In this document: one piece after another, positions 46,849-57,256 of the stretch
Position numbering within the stretch: the stretch's first letter is position 1
Layout of the letters: each line of letters opens with the position of its first letter
DNA from: Candidatus Sumerlaeaceae bacterium
GTDB lineage: Bacteria > Sumerlaeota > Sumerlaeia > Sumerlaeales > Sumerlaeaceae
Length of the DNA: 64,000 bases
Reading direction: 5' to 3'
NCBI GenBank assembly: GCA_051003195.1
Contig: JBPCLP010000008.1
Span: 64,001-128,000, forward strand
Notes under the pieces: model-generated
Told to the model about the DNA's origin: nothing
The model's database searches: none
Seen by the model: only the letters and a program-made list of their open reading frames with translations
Position numbers and translations under genes: made by a program

Positions 46849-48597
46849 ATGGCTGATATCCAGATACTACCCGAAAACCGGTTCTCGCTCGCTTTCCCGT
46901 ACGATGAAGACCGTATTGCACAAATTAAGCTGTTAGCGGATCGACGCTGGAATCCGGAAGACAAACGGTGGGAGTTGCCCATTGGACAGCTTGGCACTGT
47001 GCTGCGGCTGTTCCGATTGGAATCGGCAGACCTGGATAAAAAGGTGCTGCGCGCCTGGCAGTTGCACCAGATTCGAGCGAAAAAGGTGCATCTGCAGAGC
47101 GGGAACCTGACGACGACCCTGGTCGGCGATGGGCTGCCGCTGGAGAAGATAGACGCGCTCACGTCGTTTTTTGTCCCGGGTTATCGTTACATGCCGCGGT
47201 TCAAAAAAGGCCAGTGGGACGGGAAGAAGCACCTGTTTAATAGCCGCAAGAAGACGCTGCCGACCGGGTTGGTGCCGCGGGTGGCGGCGCTGCTGGAGCA
47301 GGAAGGTATTGTTTGCCAAGTGCAGTCGACGGAGGTGGCGGAGCAGAGCCCGTTGGCGGAGACATCGATCGCAAAAGCCCTGGAATCGGTCGCTAAACCA
47401 ATGTCGAAATCCGCTCGCGGAAAGGCGGCCCGGAAGACGTCGTCCAGCGTTGAATTCCGGGATTACCAGACGGAGTGCATCGCGGCGGCGGTGGCGGGAA
47501 AACGCGGAGTGCTGCAGCTTGCCACAGGTGGCGGCAAGACACTGATCGCGGCGGAGATTATCAGGCGAATTGACCGGCCTGCGATGTTCCTCGTTCACAC
47601 GCGTGACCTTCTGCATCAGACCAGGGCGGTACTTTCTGATTACCTCGGAATGCCCATCGGCCAGGCTGGCGACGGCGTGGTGTCGCTGCAGCATGTGACG
47701 GTTGCAACCGTGCAGACGTGCGCCCGCGCGCTGGACGTGAAGATTACGAAGACGCCGGAAGATGATGAGTTGTTGGAGACTGATCGTACGGATCTACGCC
47801 GCAACGCTGCCGACCTTGTGGCTTACATACGCCAGGTGCCGGTTGTATTTTTTGATGAGTGTCATCATTTGCCGGCGGATACGACCTATGACCTGTCGAT
47901 GCAGATGGAGGGTGCATCGTGGCGCTTTGGATTGAGCGCAACGCCTTACCGCGCGGACAGGATGGACCTGCTGCTCGAGGCCGCACTGGGTCCCGAACTG
48001 TTCGCGGCGGCGGCGTCCGCGCTGATCGACAAGGGATACCTGGTTCCGCCGAAAATCCGGTTTCTGCCGATGCCGGCCCTCATTGTAAGATCTGGCAAGG
48101 CAGACTACCAGGACATTTTTTCGAGTTACGTTGTAGAGAACCCGCGAAGGAACCAACTAATTGCGGATACTGCACGCGAGCTGGCGGCCAAGGGCAACTC
48201 CGTGTTGATCCTGGTTTCGCAGGTGCGGCAGGGAGAGTTACTGCAAAGGCTACTGCCGGATGTTCCCCTGGTGCAGGGCGCAGACGCGGCGGAGCGACGC
48301 GGCGAAGTGTTTGCGGCACTCGGGCGTAAAGAGCTGCCGATTGCGATCGCGACTACGCTCGCTGACGAAGGGCTCGACGTGCCTTCACTGAATGCCGTGA
48401 TCCTTGCGAGCGCGGGACGGAGCGAAACACGCGCGCTGCAACGGGTAGGTCGTGCATTGCGGCCGTCGCCCAAAAAGAAGCACGCGGTCATCATCGACTT
48501 CATGGACGACGCACCTTTCCTGAAGGAACATGCGCAGCGCAGATTGCAGATTTTTAAATCCGAGCCGGCGTTTGAAGTGAAGGTTATCGGGAAATAA
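46849..48597 (+). CDS. SF2 DEAD/DEAH-box helicase (XPB/UvsW-like)
   Basis: FRDYQ, ATGGGKT, DECHH, GLSATP, DEGLDVP, QRVGRALR; N-terminal F.Y....IK....RRWNP....W module. Confidence 0.92.
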   Translation: MADIQILPENRFSLAFPYDEDRIAQIKLLADRRWNPEDKRWELPIGQLGTVLRLFRLESADLDKKVLRAWQLHQIRAKKVHLQSGNLTTTLVGDGLPLEKIDALTSFFVPGYRYMPRFKKGQWDGKKHLFNSRKKTLPTGLVPRVAALLEQEGIVCQVQSTEVAEQSPLAETSIAKALESVAKPMSKSARGKAARKTSSSVEFRDYQTECIAAAVAGKRGVLQLATGGGKTLIAAEIIRRIDRPAMFLVHTRDLLHQTRAVLSDYLGMPIGQAGDGVVSLQHVTVATVQTCARALDVKITKTPEDDELLETDRTDLRRNAADLVAYIRQVPVVFFDECHHLPADTTYDLSMQMEGASWRFGLSATPYRADRMDLLLEAALGPELFAAAASALIDKGYLVPPKIRFLPMPALIVRSGKADYQDIFSSYVVENPRRNQLIADTARELAAKGNSVLILVSQVRQGELLQRLLPDVPLVQGADAAERRGEVFAALGRKELPIAIATTLADEGLDVPSLNAVILASAGRSETRALQRVGRALRPSPKKKHAVIIDFMDDAPFLKEHAQRRLQIFKSEPAFEVKVIGK

Positions 48598-48601
48598 CCG
48601 C

Positions 48602-50623
48602 TCACGCAGAGGCGCCCGATGTCACCTTTGCCATGTCGAGGAGTTGGGCGACTGGATAGGGGGAGGGACTTGCGTAGTGAAGGCTTACAAAAGTTCCGGT
48701 GCACGTGCCAGCGCTTGCGCGCAATGTGTTCACGGCAGTGTGCGGATAGAGAATGTTAGTTTTCTCTCCGGGCTGAAGAAAGTGCGTTGCCAGTTCCACT
48801 GCGGTATAGCCTTCGAGGTTCACCGTGAAGACCACCGCTCCGGTTCTGCTGTTGCGCGACCACAGCCAGTTTGCTTTGGATTCCTGCTCGCATTCAGTCA
48901 CGTCGTGCAGGCCATGCGAATAGGAGCCTTCCAAAAGTTCAATGAAGGGCAGTTCTTCAGGCTCCAATGCCGAGATGACGTGAGTGCGTTCCTCAAATTC
49001 ATCGAACAGCCGGATTCGCGACGACACCGAGAATACACACGTCCCGAGCACGCTTTCCCACTCGATGATCAGTGATCCATCTCCGAGCAATTTACCTGAA
49101 TGCACTTTCGTGCGACTGGCGCTGTCGCCGGTCAGCACATTGCGAAACACCAGGGCCTGGTCCCAGGGACAAACATCTGGATGATCAATCACATTATATG
49201 GGAAATGGGACGAGTATCCGAACTTTAGATACTTGTCTCGATACGTGGATTTGTGCAGATTGCGCGACTCAACCCAGCGCACCTGTCCGGATTTCCTTGT
49301 ACCCACGACGATCATTCCCAAAGCCGGGAAGCGTGTCTCGAAGTCCGCCTTTTCCACCGGCAGCGGGTCTTCGGGTGCCGTCCAGAAGGGGTCGTCTTTT
49401 TTCAGCCCGAGAAATGCAAACGACGACATGCACCAGTACGGATGGCCGTTGTCGATGTAGCGTTCCTTAATCGCTGGACTGGATTCCGGCGCAAACGTTT
49501 CGCGAAGTTTACCGCGCTGTTCATCGAAGGCCCCCATGTTCCAGAAGAACTGGATATTTCTGCGAACGAGGCCGCGCAGCAGACCGGGTGAATGCGGCCA
49601 GGCTTTCTGCTGATACGCTAAAACAAAGGGCAACACGGCAGCCCAGCGATAAATCAGCGAGCGGCCGAACAGCACATGGCTGCCATTGGCGGCAAAAAAC
49701 TCCGGTGCATGTTTTAAAAACTGCTGGAGACGCGGAAAGAACTTGTCGCTCCAATTGAGGAATCTTTCACCGGCGATTTCCTGCCAGTAGAGAAAGTGGC
49801 TGGCGTACGTCCAGAAATTATACCAGTCGTACACCTCGAAGCCGGGATAATCATTGTACCAGCCATTACTATCGGGACGGGCCATGGCATCCAATGCGGC
49901 GAGGTCGGCATTCATCCACGCTTCGTCCCCTTTAAACTCCGGCCATAGGCTGGCGAGTTGCAGTCGGGCAACCTGGTTGATGGCGGAAAACCAGGCGTGG
50001 TTGTGCTTGTGCTCAGGAACCACCGTGCAGCTCGCGAGCCAGTTCTGCAGTTCTGTGCGCGCCTTGGATCCCACTTCCTCGCCAAAACGTTCGCCCATGC
50101 GCCAGAAAGCGTAGGCGACCAGGCATGCTTCCACCTGGCGCTGGTCGGCCTTTTTTGGATTGGACTCGCCCCAGTAATTCAGATGCGCCGGATCAAAAGC
50201 ATGCTGGTATATGCTGAGCATGACCTGGCGCAGATCCGCTGGATCGGCGCCTCCGGCGGCGAGAGGGGCAGGTTCGTTGCCGCTGCTCAGCCAGACCGCA
50301 ATGGCAGGCAGCATGCGTGCGACACCGACGTACGTATGCCCGGACGGTGAGCTGCAGCTCTTGAGCATCGTCCCATCGGGAAAATCGCATACGGCGTAAG
50401 TGCCATCCGTGTTTCGAGCGTTCTGCAGGAAACCCTCCAGCAGCTTAAGAAAAATTCGCGTCAGCTCTTGCCGCGTGGCGTCGCCCGGAGGCGTGTTGAA
50501 TCGTGTGGAGGCCGTGGCCAGGGCAGCCGGGAATGCGGCTCCCGCAGCGGCAGCGAGGCTACTTGTTAGAAACGTTCGGCGGTTCATTCGAGTGAGCAGA
50601 ATTGTGGAGGACAGTTTTGTCAC
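48602..50623 (-). CDS. Tat-exported DUF2264-like protein
   Basis: NRRTFL twin-arginine signal; DQRQVE, GWYND, FGRSLIYRWA, YIDNGHPYW, KYLKFGYSSHF. Confidence 0.85.
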   Translation of the reverse strand: MTKLSSTILLTRMNRRTFLTSSLAAAAGAAFPAALATASTRFNTPPGDATRQELTRIFLKLLEGFLQNARNTDGTYAVCDFPDGTMLKSCSSPSGHTYVGVARMLPAIAVWLSSGNEPAPLAAGGADPADLRQVMLSIYQHAFDPAHLNYWGESNPKKADQRQVEACLVAYAFWRMGERFGEEVGSKARTELQNWLASCTVVPEHKHNHAWFSAINQVARLQLASLWPEFKGDEAWMNADLAALDAMARPDSNGWYNDYPGFEVYDWYNFWTYASHFLYWQEIAGERFLNWSDKFFPRLQQFLKHAPEFFAANGSHVLFGRSLIYRWAAVLPFVLAYQQKAWPHSPGLLRGLVRRNIQFFWNMGAFDEQRGKLRETFAPESSPAIKERYIDNGHPYWCMSSFAFLGLKKDDPFWTAPEDPLPVEKADFETRFPALGMIVVGTRKSGQVRWVESRNLHKSTYRDKYLKFGYSSHFPYNVIDHPDVCPWDQALVFRNVLTGDSASRTKVHSGKLLGDGSLIIEWESVLGTCVFSVSSRIRLFDEFEERTHVISALEPEELPFIELLEGSYSHGLHDVTECEQESKANWLWSRNSRTGAVVFTVNLEGYTAVELATHFLQPGEKTNILYPHTAVNTLRASAGTCTGTFVSLHYASPSPYPVAQLLDMAKVTSGASA

Positions 50624-50689
50624 GGGGCAATTCCCGGCAGTCGGGCAATTGCGGACGTTGAATGTCGAGGTGCGCGATTAGTTCAAGGC

Positions 50690-52114
50690 TCAGAGCCTGG
50701 CCTGCGGTGGAATAGGGGGCGCTTCAAGGAACGGAATGCCGGTACGCCGATGGGCGCTGCGGACCATTTCCGCGGCAGCCGCATTTGCTTTCTCGACGAT
50801 CTCTTCTTCACGTATGCGTACGAGATTGCCTCCGCTCACCACAATCTCGCCGTTTACAATCGTGGTGTCCACGATGTGCGAATCGCCCGCAAAGACAGGC
50901 GCGGTCACGGGATCATGCAATGCACCGGCAAAGCCAATCTTCTGCAAATCGATTAAGATGACGTCGGCGATGGCGCCCGGTTCCAGGCGCCCGAGCTGTT
51001 CATAGCCAAGCAGCCTTGCGCCGCCGCCGGTTGCAAGGCGCAGCACCGTACGCGCGTCGATGGCGTCCGCTCCGCCCATCACACGATGCAGGAGCATGGC
51101 GTTTCTCACTTCGCCCCATAGGTCGCCGGTATCGTTGCTCGCGCTGCCGTCGACCCCGAGGCCAACAGGTACGCCGGCCGCCAGCATCTTAGGGATGGGC
51201 GCAATGCCAGAACCCAGGCGCATGTTCGAAGCAGGGCAGTGGGCCACGCCGGTACCTGTCGCGGCAAGCCGGCCGATTTCGTAGTCGTTGAGATGAACAA
51301 CATGGGCGAACCAGACATCGTCTCCAAGCCAGCCAATCTTCTCGGCCCATTCGATGGGCCGCATGCCGTAGATTTCCTGGCAGTAGCGTTCCTCATCCAG
51401 AGTTTCGGCCATGTGCGTGTGTAGACGAAGGCCGCGCCGACGAGCCATATGAGACAGCTCGATCATAATATCTTCCGTAACCGAAAACGGCGAGCAGGGT
51501 GCGAGTGCGATCTTCACCATCGCATCGGGTGCGGGATCGTGGTACGTTTCCGCAACGCGTTCGCAGTCCGCGTAAATTTCATCGGGGGTCTGCACGACGT
51601 CATCCGGTGGCAGTCCGCCCTGGCTTTTTCCTCGCGACATGCTTCCGCGCGTCGGGTGAAATCGAATTCCGAGCTCCTGCGCGGCACGAATCTCCGCATC
51701 GATAAGTCGGCCGTCCGCGGCGCGTGGGAACAGGTAGAGATGATCGGTCGAAGTCGTGCACCCGGTCAGCAGCAGTTCGCCGAGGCCCACCAGCGCGCTG
51801 ATGTACACCAGTTCGGGGGTGACTTCGCGCCAGATTTCGTAGAGGTTGGTTAGCCATTCGAAAAGCTCCGCGTTCTGTACGCGAGGCACGTTACGTGTCA
51901 GCGACTGGTACAAGTGGTGGTGACAGTTCACAAACCCCGGCAGGCAAAGCATGCCTCGGGCATCGATGATTCGCGCGCCGGCAGGCGCGATAAGCCCGAC
52001 TCCGATCTTTTCGATTCGATTTCCGGCAATCAGGAGGTCGGCGTCTTCGAGTTCGCGATTGCCGGCGTCGAAGGTTGCGATACGCAGCGCCCGTTGTATT
52101 AAAATCAAAGACAT
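50690..52114 (-). CDS. Amidohydrolase, 8-oxoguanine deaminase-like
   Basis: NCHHHLYQSLTR, DHLY, RGSMS, APCSPFSV, HTHMAE, HCPASNMRLGSG, GVDGSASND. Confidence 0.92.
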   Translation of the reverse strand: MSLILIQRALRIATFDAGNRELEDADLLIAGNRIEKIGVGLIAPAGARIIDARGMLCLPGFVNCHHHLYQSLTRNVPRVQNAELFEWLTNLYEIWREVTPELVYISALVGLGELLLTGCTTSTDHLYLFPRAADGRLIDAEIRAAQELGIRFHPTRGSMSRGKSQGGLPPDDVVQTPDEIYADCERVAETYHDPAPDAMVKIALAPCSPFSVTEDIMIELSHMARRRGLRLHTHMAETLDEERYCQEIYGMRPIEWAEKIGWLGDDVWFAHVVHLNDYEIGRLAATGTGVAHCPASNMRLGSGIAPIPKMLAAGVPVGLGVDGSASNDTGDLWGEVRNAMLLHRVMGGADAIDARTVLRLATGGGARLLGYEQLGRLEPGAIADVILIDLQKIGFAGALHDPVTAPVFAGDSHIVDTTIVNGEIVVSGGNLVRIREEEIVEKANAAAAEMVRSAHRRTGIPFLEAPPIPPQARL

Positions 52115-52231
52115 GTAGGGCGCATAAAACCAGGTTGCCCGCTACGCAAGCTGAACCAGCCGCGTTCACACAAACAAAACTGTGACAGCGCGGTTGACGC
52201 GCGCAAAATGGCACTTCATCCAACATTCGAT

Positions 52232-53509
52232 ATGCGTAGTTGGCTCCCACTTCTTTTTTCAGCCTGCCTGGTGTTACCGCTCTCATTTGCAGGCGGCCAG
52301 AGCGTACAAATCGAAAGCAGCAGGCCCGCGACATCACCGGATGGCCGACGCATTGCGGTTGTCGATCGCCTGCTGAAGCTGACCCAGGGCGAGGTCGATC
52401 GTTTTTCAGGGGGGATGGTGCTGCGCGTGAGCAGCGAAGCCAGTTCTTCGGTGCTTCGGCAGCGATATGTGGAGGGGACGCAGGTTCGGTTGCTGCAATC
52501 TCCGGTGTGGCTGGATGCGACCTGGTGCGCCTTTACTTACAATATCGCAAAAAGCGCAAATGGCATCGTTTATCTTAACAGCGATTCGGGTGAGGGTTAT
52601 CAGGTGGAGTTCGTCGCACCGCCCCGTCGGATGGGCGCCACTGGAACGATTGAGCAGGAAGTCACCAGCCTGGACGTGACGATGCTTGGAACGACGGCGA
52701 CTCGGATTCTCAATGTGCCCTACAAGGGCGGTTCTGCATTTCCACTGCGCCTGAGGCCGTTGCCCCGCTTCGAATCAAAGCCATTCGGAAAGGAGTTCCT
52801 CGACCACCTGATTTCTGCATGCGAGGGATACAGGCTCCTTCTTGCCACCAACAACGCGTCTATCATTGAACCTGAACAGGCGACAGAGGCGTTCAGTGCG
52901 GATGAGAAGACGCTGGCTTTGCTGGCATGTGTGGATCACCGACCGGTGCTATGCATTGTTCCGCTTTCTGACGGAGATCCCCGAGTTTTGCCACTCGACG
53001 AGGAGGTCTCGTTGAATTGCATTGTTGCGGCATCGGATGCGGAGCCGCAACCCGGCGATGTCACGGGTTTCTCGCGCTTCACAACTTCGTGGAAAGACGA
53101 AAGCCAGATACTGGTGGAGCGGGAAGTGTTTACGGATGACGATACGTCTCATCGCGAACTTGTCTACACGGCGCATCTGAATGGAAATCTCGTCAAAGCG
53201 CCTCGGCCAAAGCGCCCGGAACCCACCCCGAGCGAGCCGGAGCCCGCCGCCGTCGAAAAGCGCGCTGTCACGCCCGCTGATCCGCAACCGGCAACGACAC
53301 GAACGCGGCCGCTATTGAAGGTGACCACGCGCAAAGCGACGCCGCAGCCCACAGCCGTACCGGCCGAAGATGCACTGGCAACGCCAGAGCCGACCGTTGC
53401 ACCCGTGCCCACAAAGAAAAGCTCCCTGTTTGAGGCAATTCTTCCGAGGTCACGCCCGGCAAGAAGCGTATCCACTCCGCCGCCTGTCAGCCGGACGCCT
53501 TCAGATTGA
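52232..53509 (+). CDS. Hypothetical exported protein with Pro/Thr-rich C-terminus
   Basis: Signal peptide; SPDGRRIA blade-like motif. Confidence 0.7.
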   Translation: MRSWLPLLFSACLVLPLSFAGGQSVQIESSRPATSPDGRRIAVVDRLLKLTQGEVDRFSGGMVLRVSSEASSSVLRQRYVEGTQVRLLQSPVWLDATWCAFTYNIAKSANGIVYLNSDSGEGYQVEFVAPPRRMGATGTIEQEVTSLDVTMLGTTATRILNVPYKGGSAFPLRLRPLPRFESKPFGKEFLDHLISACEGYRLLLATNNASIIEPEQATEAFSADEKTLALLACVDHRPVLCIVPLSDGDPRVLPLDEEVSLNCIVAASDAEPQPGDVTGFSRFTTSWKDESQILVEREVFTDDDTSHRELVYTAHLNGNLVKAPRPKRPEPTPSEPEPAAVEKRAVTPADPQPATTRTRPLLKVTTRKATPQPTAVPAEDALATPEPTVAPVPTKKSSLFEAILPRSRPARSVSTPPPVSRTPSD

Positions 53510-53537
53510 ACCAGAACGCCACGGCCGGGCCACTTAC

Positions 53538-54857
53538 GTGAAAATCGCAATTTTTGGCCTGGGCTACGTGGGTACGGTGTGCAGCGCGTGCTTCGCCGCT
53601 GTAGGACACGAAGTGCTTGGCGTCGACGTGAGCCAGGTGAAGGTCGACTTGATCAATGGCGGCCGTTCGCCGATTGTGGAACCTGGCCTCGACGAAGCTA
53701 TGGCGGAAGGTGCGAAGGCGGGGCGGCTTCGCGCCACAAGCAGTGCAGAGGAAGCAGTCGCGTGGGCGGACATTTGCCTGGTGTGTGTGGGGACACCCGC
53801 CCGCGAGAACGGTGCATTGAACCTGGAGCATATCTACGACGTCTGTGCGCAGATCGGCAAAGCACTGAGAAAACGTGCGTCGGACGCGCAAATGCTGGTT
53901 GTGACGATTCGATCGACGGTGCTGCCCGGGACACTCGATGAGTGCCAGCGCATACTGGAGCGGGAATCCGGAGCGGGTGCCGGCGCTCGTTTCGCGGTTG
54001 CCTGCAACCCGGAGTTTCTGCGCGAAGGGAGCGCCCTCAAAGATTTCCGTGATCCTCCCTACACGCTTGTGGGGACCGACAGCGATGAGGCCGCCGCGCG
54101 CCTTCGCGAATTGTATGCGCACCTCCGTGCGCCGTTTCATCACGCGCCGGTATCCGTGGCGGAAATGATCAAATATGTGAACAACTCCTACCATGCTCTG
54201 AAAGTCGCGTTTGCGAACGAGGTTGGCAGCCTGTGCAAAGCCCTCGGTATTGATAGCCATCGTGTGATGGAACTTTTCTGTGCCGATACAAAACTCAATA
54301 TATCGCCGGCGTATTTCCGCCCGGGTTTTGCCTTCGGCGGTTCGTGCCTGCCAAAAGACCTGAGCGCAATTAACCACAAAGCACGTTCTTTGGACGTGTC
54401 GGTTCCAGTGCTCGCGGGGATTCTACCCAGCAATCGCGCGCAACTGCAGCACGGTTATCGCCTCATTAGCGGGCTCGGGAAAAAGAAAGTCGGGTTGCTC
54501 GGGCTGAGCTTCAAGGCGGGCACAGACGATCTTCGTGAAAGTCCGCTCGTCGAACTGGTCGAGCAGCTTATCGGTAAGGGCTACGAGGTACGTATTTACG
54601 ACCGCAATGTGAATCTGGCACGGCTGGTGGGGGCTAACAAGGCATATATCGAGCAGCAGATTCCCCACGTGTCGCAGCTTTTTGTCCAAAGCATGGCCGA
54701 GCTGCTGGACTATGCAGAATGTGTCGTAATCGGGAATAACGATCCTGAGTTCGCGAGTGTCCTGGAGCGTGCGCGTGCGGATCAGCATATCGTCGATTTT
54801 GTGCGCGTGGACCTAAACCGCACAAGTTCCGGCAATTACCACGGCATCTGCTGGTAG
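53538..54857 (+). CDS. UDP-glucose/GDP-mannose 6-dehydrogenase family (AlgD-like)
   Basis: GTG start; KIAIFGLGYVG, CVGTP, NPEFLREG, FGGSCLPKD, DDLRESP; ends in GICW. Confidence 0.95.
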   Translation: MKIAIFGLGYVGTVCSACFAAVGHEVLGVDVSQVKVDLINGGRSPIVEPGLDEAMAEGAKAGRLRATSSAEEAVAWADICLVCVGTPARENGALNLEHIYDVCAQIGKALRKRASDAQMLVVTIRSTVLPGTLDECQRILERESGAGAGARFAVACNPEFLREGSALKDFRDPPYTLVGTDSDEAAARLRELYAHLRAPFHHAPVSVAEMIKYVNNSYHALKVAFANEVGSLCKALGIDSHRVMELFCADTKLNISPAYFRPGFAFGGSCLPKDLSAINHKARSLDVSVPVLAGILPSNRAQLQHGYRLISGLGKKKVGLLGLSFKAGTDDLRESPLVELVEQLIGKGYEVRIYDRNVNLARLVGANKAYIEQQIPHVSQLFVQSMAELLDYAECVVIGNNDPEFASVLERARADQHIVDFVRVDLNRTSSGNYHGICW

Positions 54858-54975
54858 GAACTCCAGTGCGGTATACTCTTAATTCGTTGCCAGGTTCTGT
54901 GTGCCGAACGAGCGCAAAAGCACGGCGACACGTGGATATGAATTTCTGGTTCGGCACACTAGTGAGTTTGCCTGC

Positions 54976-56214
54976 ATGAGTAGCCGCGTAAAGCCGCGTC
55001 ATGTCCTGATTATCGTTGAAAACCTGCCGGTGCCATTCGACCGCCGCGTGTGGCTGGAAGCGCAGGCGCTGCGCGATGCCGGTTATGGAGTCAGCGTCAT
55101 CTGCCCGAAGATGAAGGGCTACACCATTTCACGCGAGATGCTCGATGGTATCGAGATCTATCGGCACCCGCTGCCTTACGAAGCGGACCGGCACGCGCTG
55201 GGGTTCCTGGTGGAGTATGGCCTCGCGTTTATGTGGGAACTGTTTCTTACGTGGAAGATATTCCTGACGCGTGGAATTGACATCATTCATGCCTGCAATC
55301 CGCCGGATAACATCTTCCTGGTCGCGCTGACCCTGCGGCCCTTCGGGGTAAAGTTCGTCTTCGATCAGCATGACATTAACCCCGAGCTCTACATTGCGAA
55401 ATATGGCCGGACGGGACCGCTGTACCATGTCCTGCTTTGGCTGGAGCGAATGACGTTTCGCACAGCGCACATGGTGATTTCGACGAACGAGAGTTACAAA
55501 GAAATCGCGATGCGCCGTGGCGGCAAAACTGCGGATGACGTTCACGTGGTTCGCAGCGCGCCCAACATGGAAAGCTTTCGATCCGTTCGCGCGGATGTAT
55601 CCTTGAAGCGCGGGCGAGAGTACCTGGTTGTGTACCTCGGCGTCATGGGCAAGCAGGAGGGAGTCGATCTTCTACTGCAATCGGTTGACTGCATAGTGCG
55701 CGAGCGCGGCCGCACCGATATTTCGTTCACGCTTGTTGGCAGCGGACCAGAACGTGCGGCCCTGGAAAATCTCGCAGCGCGAATGCAGCTTGGGGATTTC
55801 GTGGAGTTCACAGGGCGCATACCCGACGACGCATTGCTGCGCTACCTTTCCACGGCGGACGTTTGCGTGAACCCGGACCGCGTGAACGAGATGAATGACA
55901 AGAGCACGATGAACAAGATCATGGAATACATGGCGGTGGGTAAGCCGATCGTACAATTTGAAATGAAGGAAGGTCGCTACTCCGCGGAGGGATCGAGCCT
56001 GTACGCGAAACCCAATGATGCGGTAGATTTCGCAGAGAAGATCCTGGAGCTATTGAACGACGCGAATACACGCCTGCGTATGGGTGACTTTGGGCGCAAG
56101 CGGATGGAAGAGGCGCTGGACTGGCGCTTCAGCAAGGCGGCGCTGACCGATGCGTACACAGGATTGCTCTCACCAAACAACAGTGCCGGAGCGGCATTAC
56201 CGCCCCGGCATTAA
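54976..56214 (+). CDS. Glycosyltransferase family 4
   Basis: ENLPVPFDRRVW, HACNPPD, FDQHD, NKIMEYMAVGKPIV. Confidence 0.93.
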   Translation: MSSRVKPRHVLIIVENLPVPFDRRVWLEAQALRDAGYGVSVICPKMKGYTISREMLDGIEIYRHPLPYEADRHALGFLVEYGLAFMWELFLTWKIFLTRGIDIIHACNPPDNIFLVALTLRPFGVKFVFDQHDINPELYIAKYGRTGPLYHVLLWLERMTFRTAHMVISTNESYKEIAMRRGGKTADDVHVVRSAPNMESFRSVRADVSLKRGREYLVVYLGVMGKQEGVDLLLQSVDCIVRERGRTDISFTLVGSGPERAALENLAARMQLGDFVEFTGRIPDDALLRYLSTADVCVNPDRVNEMNDKSTMNKIMEYMAVGKPIVQFEMKEGRYSAEGSSLYAKPNDAVDFAEKILELLNDANTRLRMGDFGRKRMEEALDWRFSKAALTDAYTGLLSPNNSAGAALPPRH

Positions 56215-56231
56215 AACTGCGGGTTGTTGGG

Positions 56232-57092
56232 CTAGTCGTTTTTCCTGTCGCTGCTTTTTTCGTCCTTTTTCTCGCTGCTCGCTTTGCTGGACGAGTTCTT
56301 TGATTCCGTTCGGATTTTCGTGATTTCTTCAGTTTGGGTGATGGTGTTCACGGGCGCAGTTTCGACTTTCACGATGGCGGGCGCCTGCACTTCCGTCCGT
56401 ACTACCGGCACTGGATCTTTTACGACGACAGGTACCGAACCGGCGGCTACGGGCACCTGCACCTGGCGTGTGACGACGGGCGGTGTGCGAACTTCGTTGG
56501 TTACAATGGTGGTTGGGTTCACTACCGTCGCGGGGCTGGCGACGCTGACGTAGGCGGGATCCTCCCACACGGTTACCGCGGCAGTTACAGTTGGTGCGAC
56601 AGGGTTAGCGCGCAGGTATGTCCGGATACCGTTGATATGCTGGGCAGACAGCAACCTGGACTCCTCGGCGTAGTATTGCTTCACAAGAGCGGCGTCATTT
56701 GCGACGCGTGCGTCGCGTATCTTTATGTCGTAATCGCGCAGCTTGATGATGACGTCGTCGGGAATACCGGCCGCGCGGTAGGCGGCTTCCGCACGTGTTT
56801 CGTAGGTGATGGTTCCGGGCCCGGTGGCCGTCGCCACGCCGAGTCCGGTAGCGGGTGCAGTGACGATGACATTTGCGGCTGGTGCCGGCTGGGTGACCGT
56901 AACGTTCGCGGTGGGTTGCGAACTGGTGACGGTCGCGCTACCCACTGCGGTTGTTGCGGGCTGCACGGTTGTGCTCTGGATGGCGGTCCCGTTGTGGGTT
57001 GTGGTTACGGATTTTTCGGTCGTTACATTCTGGCACACTGCGGCGGTGGTTGTTGCAGTCAGCAGTGCGGCCATTAGTATCCTGTTAATCAT
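56232..57092 (-). CDS. Exported Thr/Val/Pro-rich protein with conserved 70-aa helical core (paralogue of 46040-46645)
   Basis: Signal peptide; core YETRAEAAYRAAGIPDD...RTYLRANPVA. Confidence 0.85.
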   Translation of the reverse strand: MINRILMAALLTATTTAAVCQNVTTEKSVTTTHNGTAIQSTTVQPATTAVGSATVTSSQPTANVTVTQPAPAANVIVTAPATGLGVATATGPGTITYETRAEAAYRAAGIPDDVIIKLRDYDIKIRDARVANDAALVKQYYAEESRLLSAQHINGIRTYLRANPVAPTVTAAVTVWEDPAYVSVASPATVVNPTTIVTNEVRTPPVVTRQVQVPVAAGSVPVVVKDPVPVVRTEVQAPAIVKVETAPVNTITQTEEITKIRTESKNSSSKASSEKKDEKSSDRKND

Positions 57093-57128
57093 GGCAGGCT
57101 CCCTTGCGTTGGTTCTCGCCCTAAAGGG

Positions 57129-57144
57129 AGCAACGTGTGTGCCA
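57129..57144 (-). promoter_or_regulatory. Sigma-54 (-24/-12) promoter
   Basis: TGGCACACACGTTGCT, a full consensus match, 37 bp upstream of ATG 57092. Confidence 0.8.
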
Positions 57145-57256
57145 GCGAGCGCCTGGACGGTGCCAAGACTTTGCTGCGAATACGCTTAGCCGCGGTTAAA
57201 GCGGGGGGAAACTCATTGAATTGCTGCTGTGCCGCAGGCGAAGCAGGAACCCACAC

